Assembly: GCF_006345805.1 (NCBI RefSeq)
Contig: NW_021833893.1
Location: 124,001 to 188,000 of the forward strand
Direction: 5' to 3'
Origin: Octopus sinensis
Taxonomy: Eukaryota
DNA length: 64,000 bases
Shown here: positions 53,349 to 64,000 of the stretch, piece by piece
How positions within the stretch are numbered: position 1 is the first letter of the stretch
How the letters are laid out: the number at the start of each line of letters is the position of its first letter
Notes under the pieces: model-generated
The model's database searches: none
What the model saw: only the letters and a program-made list of their open reading frames with translations
Told to the model about the DNA's origin: nothing
Translations under genes and position numbers: made by a program

Positions 53349-54417
53349 AATGTATGAGTATAAATGTTTGTCTTATTGAACTCACAAAAATAGTTTTGTT
53401 TTTATGAAATAGGATAATTAAAATAATAGAGAATAAATGTGTAATTAATACATACCGATATTTTTTGGAGTTCATTACGTTACTGGTAAATAAAAAAAAC
53501 ACCTTTGAGAAAAATTTTATATGCGTATTACACACTTTAAAAAAAAATTGTTTTCATTATAAATTATCAATTTTTAGATATTCTTACAAATAAATTTTTT
53601 ACTAATAAAACTAATTTATGGCAACATAGAGTTGAAATTATGTTCTTATTTCAAAAATTTTATAAATTTTATCATAATAATGAAACGAATGTATACAGTG
53701 CTCAGGTGCAGCAAAGTTTTAAAAACTTTTCAAAAGTGATTTGATTCTACTATTAACTATTTATTAGAAAACTGAAGCGCTTCTTTCACTAATAATATCT
53801 AAAGGATCTCAGGAAAATTAAAGATTGGCAGTGGGTGTCATGAGTAAGAACAGTTTGCTAACCACAGGCATAAAGTATGCAGCTGTTATATGAGTTAAGC
53901 TGTTACTGTAGCGGCTATTTTAATTTGTATAACACACCGTAAATTAGAAGTACTGGTATAAAATAAATGATGTTTAATTAATGAAGAGGGAGAGTGGCAA
54001 TAATCAATAACTGCAAAGCCAATCAAGTAACTTTTCGTTGTTGTAAAATTTTATGATCAATGTGAAGATTCTTCAGTTTATTCATACTTAGGCAGTAAGT
54101 ATTTATAGCTGCCACAACTAACAGTTTAGATTTAGAGATAAGGGTTATTATAATGAAACTCTCAAGGATAATTGCATCATAGAGACACAAGTTGTTTGTG
54201 ATTATATTTAATTGCTGTTGATTGTATTTAGCTCCAGTTGAGCTGCAATCAACCGGACCCTGGATAATTAATGGATCGCCGATTCAAGCTTGCACAGCGA
54301 CCACGTACAAGCACCTTTATTAGCTCGCTCTAATTGGATTGACTTCTGAATGTTCTTTAATTCCCATTGAATCAGTGGCTAAGGTCGATTAAGTTTTGAC
54401 ATTAATTTTCCACACTA

Positions 54418-54524
54418 ATAAAAATTCAGTTTAATATCGAGGTTCCTATGTAAAGGTTGTATCAGATATTAAACTGATTAGAAGGGATGCACCTCGTTAA
54501 TTTTAACCAAAAGACTGAGAATCC
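54418..54524 (-). pseudogene. U2: Decayed U2 snRNA copy
   Basis: Minus strand ttctcagtcttttggttaaaattaacgaggtgcatcccttctaatcagtttaatatctgatac aligns to U2 5' TTCTCGGCCTTTTGGCTAAGATCAAGTGTAGTATCTGTTCTTATCAGTTTAATATCTGATAC, followed by an Sm-site-like gaattttt. The branch-pairing GTAGTA is lost. Confidence 0.82.
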
Positions 54525-56029
54525 AGGCCAAAAATATAAGTGACAGTTAAACCGGACATGTTTGGAATGTCAGTGCATAAATACTTTCAAATTTTAGCAG
54601 TGTGTGTGTGTTAACGCTCGCATGCAACGCAAGGTTTTAGCATCTTAAAGCGATTCTATTTTGTTCGCATGCAGTGAGAATATGATTGAAACCTTTGAAC
54701 TCTCAAGATCACATTACGATGACTAACGGTTGAAGTAGTGGTAATTAGAGTTGGTGAGGGTGGTAGTAGAAATACTGATGATCATAGTTACAGCAGTGGT
54801 GGTGGAGGACTTATTAGTCGCAGGCAGTACAGTAACAAGATCAATCACGCTATTAACAGCAGCATGTACGAGCTCACTTGAATGTCTGCATGAACATCGT
54901 GAATACTATAACGATTGTACCAATAGGAGACGGTTGAACATTTTCGCTTCCTAGAATGTATGAAGACAGTCTCTTTCTTTAAACTATGTTCATTTTAGGG
55001 CATAAACCCAGAATTTACGAACGAAATGCTCAACGCTTATAAGGTGCCCTTGTTGTATAGTGTGAGAAAGTATACTTCCTTATGTAAATAATTTTATTCA
55101 GGTGGATGAGGTAGTGATTGTTTAGTATTCTGATCGTAGTCATGCTTTGTGGGAGTGGTATGATATGAACCTTGTTCAACACAGAAGCAGTTTATCGTCA
55201 TGTGAAGGTAAACATTTACTTAGCAGACTATGTAACTCCTTCCAATATCAAACTGGAACATGCAAAAACAGCGCGACAAATCTCTGATTTTTCTTTCTTA
55301 GATTATATGTTGCATATTTTCTATTTTCCAGACTCGAGTATATTCAGGAAAGACATACACATTACGACATCTTGTTTTGTTTTGTTTTGTTTAAAATTAT
55401 CTTTATCTATTTGAAGCTTCCTGCTTAGGTCAGAAATATATGATAGGCTATCATCCGAGTTATCCAGTTTTTAACTGGAGTCCAATTAGTATCAAACAAT
55501 GATACTTAGTGATGATATATTATTGCCTGCCACTAGAAGTGTAATTATCGTAATCACGTCGCATTCTTCTGATTACATTGGAATTTCAGATAACAAGCGA
55601 AGCAGCAGTATTGCTAATAATGCTTTAAAATGTACTTCATAATGAAGGTTAGGTGACGATATTTTTGTGAAAGGGAGGAACAAATTAAACGCACGCCTAA
55701 CGTTGTTGCCACCTCTTATTCATCCTAGTGACATAGAACGTTGCCAATGTGTTTCAGGAGTTTTTGCTATAGAACAGTCCTCCTAGTTGAACTGTTTTAA
55801 GACCCACCAAAAAAATCTTTTACTAGGTATCCTTTGGTATAGCGTAGTTAGAGGACCTCTCTTATCTTCAGACCGAATGTCTGTCCTAATATTTACAGTA
55901 GAATGGACTCTACGGAAGTAGCTGATGTTAATTCAAGTGGAAGATTAGTTTAATCATCTATAATTATATCCCTCTGATTTGCCTTGGAAATTCCAAGTGG
56001 TTCTGCTTAGTAATATTTAATAGTGACTA

Positions 56030-56240
56030 AAGCGGCGAGCGGGTAGAATCGTTAACATGCCGGGAAAATGCTTAGCGGCATTTCGTCCGTCTTTACTTTC
56101 TGAGTTCAAATTCTGCCAAGGCCGACTTTTGCCTTTCATCCTTTCGGGGTAAATAAAAGAAGTACTAGAGCACTGGGGTCGATCTAATTGTCTTGGCCCC
56201 TCTCCCGAAATTGCTGGCGTCGTGACAAAATTTGAAACTT
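56030..56240 (+). mobile_element. SINE family B
   Basis: gcggcgagcgggtagaatcgttaac...gcctttcatcctttcgggg...ctggggtcgatc. Confidence 0.88.
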
Positions 56241-57947
56241 AATAGAGGCTTTCATAGTGTTTGATCAGCCCATCTCTGTTGCTTATATTTTAATTCTTCA
56301 ATAGTCCTTTTCAGTCATAGAACATGTCTAAAGAAAGTGTTGGATAACCAGCTTTGCAGAATTTTTCTTCAGTGTTTGACCTGTAAAAATTTTAAAAAAA
56401 TTAATTTCCGGTGCCTTTACTTTACTGATCACCTATGGCTCAACATATTTTACAAGTAAAGGTTTACCAAACGACACTTAATTGAACTGAAGCACACGTG
56501 TTAAGTAATTGATGATGTTAAAATGTTAGTGCAATTTTAAATAAATACAACACGCTCCGCCTTCTACAACTACCGTTCCCACTCCATCAATCATTCCTAC
56601 CGATGACACTACCACTTTAACAGGTACAAAAGTTGTCATTAGATCATGTATGCGCGTATGTGTATGAATGCATATGATATGTTTGTAAATGGTGCACCCT
56701 TTCTTTTACCTCCCACCACTACAACCTCTCTTCCGGTAAACACTTCTCTCGCTCTCTTTTTGCTTCTATCTTCAAATAAGCATTTAACCGTACGAAGTAA
56801 TAAGGTTTCCTTTCTCCTCCCTCACACCACTAATACATTCTTCTCCCCTAAACAGATACCTATATACAGACAGACAGGCTGACATGCAAACACACGCTCA
56901 CAACACACACACACTCACCCCCACACGCACACACACACACACGCACACACACATACACACACACTCTCTTTTTCTCGCTCTCTCTCACACACGCACGCAC
57001 CCACACACACATACACACACTCTCTTTCTCCATCTCTCTCTCTCTCTCTCTCTCTCACTCACACACACACACACACACACATACTTTCTCTTTCTTTTTT
57101 CTCCCTCACACACTTTTCTCTCTCTTTATCACTTTCTACTTTTGCTTCTTGCACATATTCGAAACATTCGTAATTCTCTTTTGAAATATGTTCATTTAAT
57201 ATTTAAGACGCCGTACAATTGTTTTCAGGTATATTTGGTGACTATTTTTGTCCTGGGAATGACTATAAACTTCATCCGATAGTGGGACCCTGAGGCCCTT
57301 ATTTCAGGGTTTGAAGAGTATGGAACCACCTCTTAGCCACTATTATTCCCAGGTCTCCTCTGACCCGGAGTGGTAGTAACTGTAAGGGTCCCAGCTATGG
57401 GTTAACTAGCAAACCCCCTTGCAGCTGGGAGGAGGGGAAGGATCTGTCGATTACAGTCACCGTATTCCTTGCATGGCGTAAGGGGCAGCTGCGAGGGGAC
57501 TGGGAGTCCACTCCTCCTAGTAAATCCATATTCCTAAAAAGGCAGGAAGATAAAGACAAGGGGCCTTGACCTGAACATAGAACGGGGTTCGTCCTTTGAG
57601 CTGAGAAATGAATGGAACCCCTGGTGTGTGTCTTTCTGTGGATACCCCCTCCTAAAAAATGGAATAGGCCTGGTTATGATACGAATATTTGGTGACTATT
57701 TCTTGTGGGCCAGAAAGTATTCCAAAGAGAAGGAACGGCAAAAAATAAAAATATATAAAATCTGATTAAAAGAAATACAGAAGGACATAAGAAAAAGATG
57801 GAAGAAAGAAAAACAATAAATAAATACATAAAGAAAGAAAAATAAAAAAAGAAAGGAAGAGAAAGTTAACTAATGAAAGATTTAATTGACGAACGCACTG
57901 TCTTGTATGTCTTAGAAAATGTTAGTCTGGTATGTGTGAATCTCCAG

Positions 57948-58067
57948 GGATACAGGTATCCAGCAACAGGTATCCTCCGTAATGCTATGATGGACCGTGA
58001 AGTCTGGCGTAACATAGTAAATTCCATTGTCTCGACCACGGTCGAACAATGATGATGATGATGATGA
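57948..58067 (+). mobile_element. Very short 3' LINE fragment (RTE-group-like) with (TGA)n tail and 12-bp TSD
   Basis: Encodes RNAMMDREVWRNIVNSIVSTTVEQ*; gtgaatctccag at 57936-57947 and 58068-58079. Confidence 0.8.
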
Positions 58068-60168
58068 GTGAATCTCCAGTTAGCTCTTGTACAAAAGGAA
58101 TACCAGTCAGTGTTGACCAACACAGTCATGTTAAATGACTAAAAAAAGAATCGATGCTATAATGTCGCCATAGACATTAGGTGGAGGAGGTGGGGTGATA
58201 GGTCGAGTGTCAGTCATGCACTTCCTGTTTAGGCAGACTGATTAACCGGATGTTAGAGCACAATTAATTAACTGGACAATTATGATGGTAATGATACCGA
58301 CGACGACGATAATGGTGAGGGTAACGATGTTGACAATGATCGTAATGATGACGATTTTTTATTCGGTCCTTTATCTTTATACACACGCGTGCGCACAAAC
58401 ATATGAATCCGTTTCGACAATGATTCGAAATAGTTCGATTAATGTAACGGTCTCCTCGTTGAATGGGCATGTAAATGGGAGAGTATTCCAGACACGTGTA
58501 TTCTTAATATAATTCTTCAACAATAATCAGCTGGACACAATATGAGACAAGGCTGGTTCTTTATTCAGGGTAGGGAATGAAGCTTCTGGCGTAGACATAT
58601 TTCTCGTGGCCAAGGGAAAGAAGCATTTTCATCCAGTAGGTCTAGAAGATCACCAATGAGAATTCCAGCGGTTTGATGATCATCGCCAATTGGATCAGGA
58701 TCGCAGTATCCGCTATAAGGTATGTAATGCCCGAGCCATCAAGTACAAGTTCCACCTGGCACCATCCACGACCTTTTTTTTTTTGACGTGTCAGTTTTCT
58801 AGAAGTATGATATTTTATGCTATTTGGTGTCTTCTTTTCTCTTGCGGCGTGCATTGTATGAGTGTGTGTGTGTGTGTATGAGTGCTTGTGTATTTGTGTA
58901 TATGTACGTGTATGTGTTGGTGTATTTGTGTGCTAGTGTATGCATGCATACATATATCCTCATGCACTCACACATATAGTTGAAGAGATTTCGCTTTCCC
59001 CACCCCCATATTTAATTTGACAGCCCAAAATAACAAAGATACACTAAAAGCTTGATTAATATTGATATTAATCACTAGGCCGAGATCTGAACTTCAAAAT
59101 CGTATATTACACGAAAACAGTTTAATAACATTTATTCCTAAACCTTACCATCAAATTATGAAATAACAAAATTGCCATTATTTTTGCACCCACCTGATAG
59201 CTAAAACCTTTGAAATATTCAGTATTTTGTTTGTTATTCCTCAAGTATCACTTTACCATCGACGACCCGTATCCAAAAACGAAATCTCTGAAAGTCAACG
59301 TAGATGTAATGCAATTTAGTATAAAATGACTCATGAAGATGGAATACAGATGATTTAAATGACTTCGAATACTTGAGTGGCACTTAATTTACTGACACCG
59401 AATGTAAGGCAAAGTTCACTCTGGTAGGTTTGATTTCAGATCGTAAGTTAAGTAAATAGTGCTGAGCTGTATTGTGTTCAGTATTGTACCAATTTTTGTT
59501 ACTTCATAACCTGTGTTAATTCATCACACATTATAACATAAATAACAAACGTATGAAAAGTTCAGTGCTTAGCTACAGTTTCATGTCATTAAGTTAATAG
59601 GAGATAATTATACTTTTGTATGGTAAATAATTGTAGAAGATCTGATACTTTTATTAAAAACACCAACAAGCCATTGTGAATCAATTGATCCCACTCTATC
59701 TTTCTGAAATGTCACACTTCGAGTTCACTGACTTATTAATATGGGAACTTTTAATTTTAATGTCTAAGATTTCAAATAAGACTAAAGAAAAATTTATATT
59801 TTTGATGTGGCAATCATTTCAAAAATAATATAAAATTCTACCATTTTCTGAAGTTCAACTAAAAGAACAGCAAGCATATTGACATATTGATCGGAAATTT
59901 TAAGCGTTTAAAAAAGAATGAAGGAAACGCAAAATTAAGGTTATTCTAACTGAATTAACCTAACAATTCCGTCAGTTGGTTCTTGAAGATCCGAGAGCTG
60001 ATGGTCTGGCTTATATGTTGAACCAATTAGAACAGTTGTCAAAACTGGGGTTTCACTCTGTTGTCAGAGCAACTTGCACGGAAGTCATTAACGGAACAAA
60101 ACTAAATTTTACATATATTATTTTACATTCAACTCATATTTACATATAACTACCTTGTCAATGGAAGG

Positions 60169-62903
60169 TGTAACGAACTTCGTGAGTGAATATCTTCTCT
60201 TGTACTTTCGGGGTACAAGAAAGCAATCACTAGCCGTTGCTTTAATAATCCAGAATTCTACCAGTCAGAAACAACAAGACGCAGACGTAAAATATATATA
60301 TACTACTTTATTCTCTTTCTTGGTAACAATAACAATAAGTGGTTATCTGATGTCCTTGGTTCGGGGCGCGCAAGGCTGAAAGTTAATCGATTGTAATATT
60401 TACAATATTCAGCCGCTAAAACCAGAACGGGTTCAAGATGGCGTCGAACAGGGAAGTTGAATGTGGTCGGCAACAATTTGGTTAAAGGCATTCGGCCGAC
60501 TGCTGCTAGAATCAAGTCCTGACGGAGAGAGAATATATGTGACCGTTGCCTTCGATAGCCATGTCTCAAAGTCACCGCTTGCTGCTGCTAGTGGTCAAAC
60601 GTTCTACGATCCCCCTGCCTTGGCCAGGGTCGTGCTTCCGGTGGTTCGCGCATGCGCGAGAGGGCCCTTCCTTTCTGTGCCTTGGTGAAGGCACCAACAC
60701 TCGCACGCGCGAGATAGAAAATGGACGGTGCGCGCGCGCGCCGCTATATAGCATCACTACAAGGCTCCCCTCCAGTGGGTAGCACGACACAAAATCCTTT
60801 GTAGTGACTTTAAAACTCAAGGTGGACACCAGATAACCAAATAGCACACAATAATATAATGGCAAAATTTATAACATACACAAGAAATTTTCTAAAGGAA
60901 AAAGAGAAAAAATACTCAATGAGCAAAAATCAAGAGTGCATGCATGAAAGTGTATACGTCACAAAGTATAGAACCTTCCGCTGAAAGGAGCGGAAGAAAA
61001 GGCAGAACTCACAGTTATTGAACCTAGGCGAAATTAAAATCCAACTTCTCTAAAGGTAGTTGATCCTGCGAAATGGCAGTTAAATCAATTGCTGCAGGAG
61101 AGGAAATGGAATTGACAGAAGCTCGCTAGTAACACAAAAGGCAAAAGTGCAAACATGCTGGTGTGATGCGCGACACAGATAATTTTCTGTTAATTACGTG
61201 ACCAACAGTGGTCTAACAGGGAAAAATAATTACGCCCATACATAGGCGCAGCGCATGTGAACATCCGACGTCTATGAGTCGGGAAAAAACTAAGCTACTG
61301 CAAACGTGTTGCAAAAAACAAGGCAAGTACACGATGCGAAGCAAAGGCGCATGAAATGCAATAGTGCTTGCCAGGCCGAAAAAAACAGCAAGAATATGCC
61401 AGTGGTTGAGCGATTATATGCCTCGTTCGTACAGGAACAAAGGTATGACATGCTGGCGCGTTATAATGGACAAACAACCCTCTCTATGTATACGTGACCG
61501 ACCTAGGGTCTATAGAAATGAGGGGTGTCTACAAAAGGCAAATTCAGCATGGAAAAAAACAAGCGAGAAAAGCATGTGTGACGTATGTATGTGAGAGAGA
61601 GCATTTATGTGTGTGTACGTGTGTGCGACAGAAATACATACAAGGTGAATGCGAGCAAAAATATAAAAAATACAGCGCATAGAAAAAATGTCTCTCAAGT
61701 GTCATTTCAGACAAGAGTTAATTTACCAGTCTGTAATAGCCTGATGCACAATAGCAGTTCGTTCTGTAACAGAATGTTGAGATCACAAATGCAGATGCCG
61801 ATTGAACACATATCGTGTAGCGGTTGTGGCTTCAATGCAGTGACAGGTTAACTGGAACAGAAGAAATCTCGTAGATAGTGCTGGGCTGTGAATTCTTGGT
61901 GTGCTAATGCACAAACGGCAAGTGGACCAAACTTCCGCGAGTTGCTATGTACATCTTGGTGGAGGTCGACGGTGTTGAAAGGCGACGGTGGTGGTGGCGA
62001 CTGTAGTGGACTTGAGACAACATCGTTCTTAGTGATGATGGCGACGAAGATAGCGACGACGTGAAGTAGACAGACGACGATGGTGATGACGAAGGCAGAG
62101 AAAAAGCATCGATGAATTGATGGCGTTCGTCATCATGACTGTAGAATAAGAAAGAGGCTCCTTCTACAATTGTTTGTGGTGGCCGGAAACAAATCGTCGA
62201 AAGATGAATGCGTAGAGTTAAATCGTGTTCCAACTTCGCAGAAAAACTGGATTTTTTTGTTGATAAGTGATCTCTGGTTTTAGACCAGAATCACGTCGGG
62301 GTCACCAGTGAAACGAACTTAGTGAGTGTGAATATCTTCTCTTGTACTTTCGGGGTACAAGAAAGCAATCACTAGCCGTTGCTTTAATTATCCAGAATTC
62401 TACCAGTCAGAAACAACAAGACGCAGACGTAAAATATATATATACTACTTTATTCTCTTTCTTGGTAACAATAACAATAAGTGGTTATCTGATGTCCTTG
62501 GTTCGGGGCGCGCAAGGCTGAAAGTTAATCGATTGTAATATTTACAATATTCAGCCGCTAAAACCAGAACGGGTTCAAGATGGCGTCGAACAGGGAAGTT
62601 GAATGTGGTCGGCAACAATTTGGTTAAAGGCATTCGGCCGACTGCTGCTAGAATCAAGTCCTGACGGAGAGAGAATATATGTGACCGTTGCCTTCGATAG
62701 CCATGTCTCAAAGTCACCGCTTGCTGCTGCTAGTGGTCAAACGTTCTACGATCCCCCTGCCTTGGCCAGGGTCGTGCTTCCGGTGGTTCGCGCATGCGCG
62801 AGAGGGCCCTTCCTTTCTGTGCCTTGGTGAAGGCACCAACACTCGCACGCGCGAGATAGAAAATGGACGGTGCGCGCGCGCGCCGCTATATAGCGTCACT
62901 ACA
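60169..62903 (-). mobile_element. Young non-autonomous LTR retrotransposon (CsRn1-like Gypsy), 2735 bp
   Basis: LTRs 60169-60761 and 62309-62903 (TG...CA, about 6 differences); AAGG TSD at 60165-60168 and 62904-62907; PPT ggaggggagcc next to the left LTR on the minus strand; no pol. Confidence 0.93.
62290..62307 (-). promoter_or_regulatory. Primer-binding site complementary to the tRNA-Trp 3' end
   Basis: Minus strand TGGTGACCCCGACGTGAT, 1 nt after the 5' LTR; the plus strand ATCACGTCGGGGTCACCA is the metazoan tRNA-Trp 3' end. Confidence 0.92.
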
Positions 62904-63193
62904 AAGGGTTTGGAAGTAACAGTGTTGGGCTGTGCTTAGCGCAGTAGTTGACTTTGATCTAGTCCTGGTCTTTGTTGGCATGAATTACTGGAGAAATAAA
63001 AACAGAAGTGTTATACATTGGTACGAAATGATGGTGGACATAATACTTCGAGGAATGCTCTATATCAAGTATTAGTCTTTATGTCATTTCATACTATTAA
63101 TACACTTTACTGTTTTTACTTTTTGTAAATAGTCCACAGTCTTAATGACAATCACGTTATTTCACAACTGTATATTGCACCAATATTCTTTGT

Positions 63194-63232
<39 letters not shown>

Positions 63233-64000
63233 ACTCGTATGCCTAAATGTATATTAATGTATATATGGATAATGATGATAAGTAGCAGTTTAAAATGAGA
63301 GGAAGAAAATGTTACTAATTGAAATGGCCTTTCATTCTTATTTGGCCTTCCATTCTCAGTGTTACAATATAGGATACAATTTGAGTTGTGATACACAACT
63401 TATTTGCCGTTCTGTTATCCATTTTGTTGATAGTAACTTCATCCGTGGGTGACAGCCAGAAGACTAGTGGGAAAAGGAATGAGAGAAACAGTAAGAGAGT
63501 CTAGGAAAGAAGAGAGGGTAAGAGCTGTGTAGCCCCTCGCATCAAGTGCTTCCTCTCTCGGTGCCGAAAGAAAAAAGGAACTGGAATTGGTTACTGTATT
63601 TATATATGTTGGAAAGCTTATTGAATGGAAAGTAATGGGATTATCCCTCTCGTACTTTATTTAACTCGAGAATTTTAACTTAAGCAACAGAACCTGGCTA
63701 AGTGTGACAGTTGATTCACATACATTTCTTAATGCAAAAGTTCAGAACAGCAGGAAAGAAACTGATAGAAAAATGTAGATTCGGTTTCGAATCCTGGCTT
63801 TGAATCTAGGAAGCTATTCGTTACATATGCATACATGTGTATATGCATGCATGCATACATGTATGTATGTATGTATGTATGTATGTATGTATGTATGTAT
63901 GTATGTATGTATGTATGTATGCATGCATGCATGCATGCATGTTTGTGTGCATTATACATGCATATACACATATACATATGTATATATGTGTGTATGCATA

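Larger units (their letters stand above)
50097..53867 (+). mobile_element. hAT Buster/Charlie fossil split by nested retroposons
   Basis: Left TIR cagtgattcccaacc, degenerate right TIR agtttgctaaccacag. Transposase remnants LQNDMEIKFKDLLEANIPSWV and FLTSYLVDPSFNRV (to 51060) continue as RSGFRFSLSTMDPNIEKLAK..QPQGS at 53120-53205. Confidence 0.72.

Noticed and set aside
55509-55574. C/D-box snoRNA-like TGATGA...CTGA
   Set aside because: No terminal stem and no recognisable rRNA guide; expected by chance in AT-rich DNA.
57290-57700. GC-richer block resembling SINE tail and LINE 5' UTR pieces
   Set aside because: No boundaries or family could be established from the sequence alone.
58640-58725. 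Possible exon ending at AG|GTATGT
   Set aside because: No recognisable protein similarity, ambiguous acceptor and no partner exons.
60303-60782. ORFs duplicated at 62445-62939
   Set aside because: They are repeated only because they lie within the two LTRs; no domain similarity.

Overview
AT-rich, microsatellite-saturated eukaryotic DNA. The SINE families and repeat landscape look like an octopus (coleoid cephalopod) genome, which is an inference. No host protein-coding gene could be supported; most ORF-track entries are translated microsatellites. The window is a mosaic of mobile elements: Penelope-like elements (one near full length with RT + GIY-YIG and direct pseudo-LTRs, two GIY-YIG remnants, many pLTR fold-backs), a Tx1-like LINE inside a (TATC)n tract, a decayed Gypsy pol with its LTR, a young non-autonomous LTR element with a tRNA-Trp PBS and 4-bp TSD, mariner/maT/rosa-like and hAT-Buster fossils, Helitrons, RTE fragments (one ending in three C2H2 fingers), many SINEs and a decayed U2 snRNA copy. 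The most striking unannotated layer is about a dozen minimal type I hammerhead-ribozyme-like motifs from several families. Some have non-canonical cores, many sit in inverted fold-back pairs, and three sit in a ~360-nt retrozyme-like repeat. Coordinates were read by eye and element edges are approximate unless a TSD or TIR is quoted.
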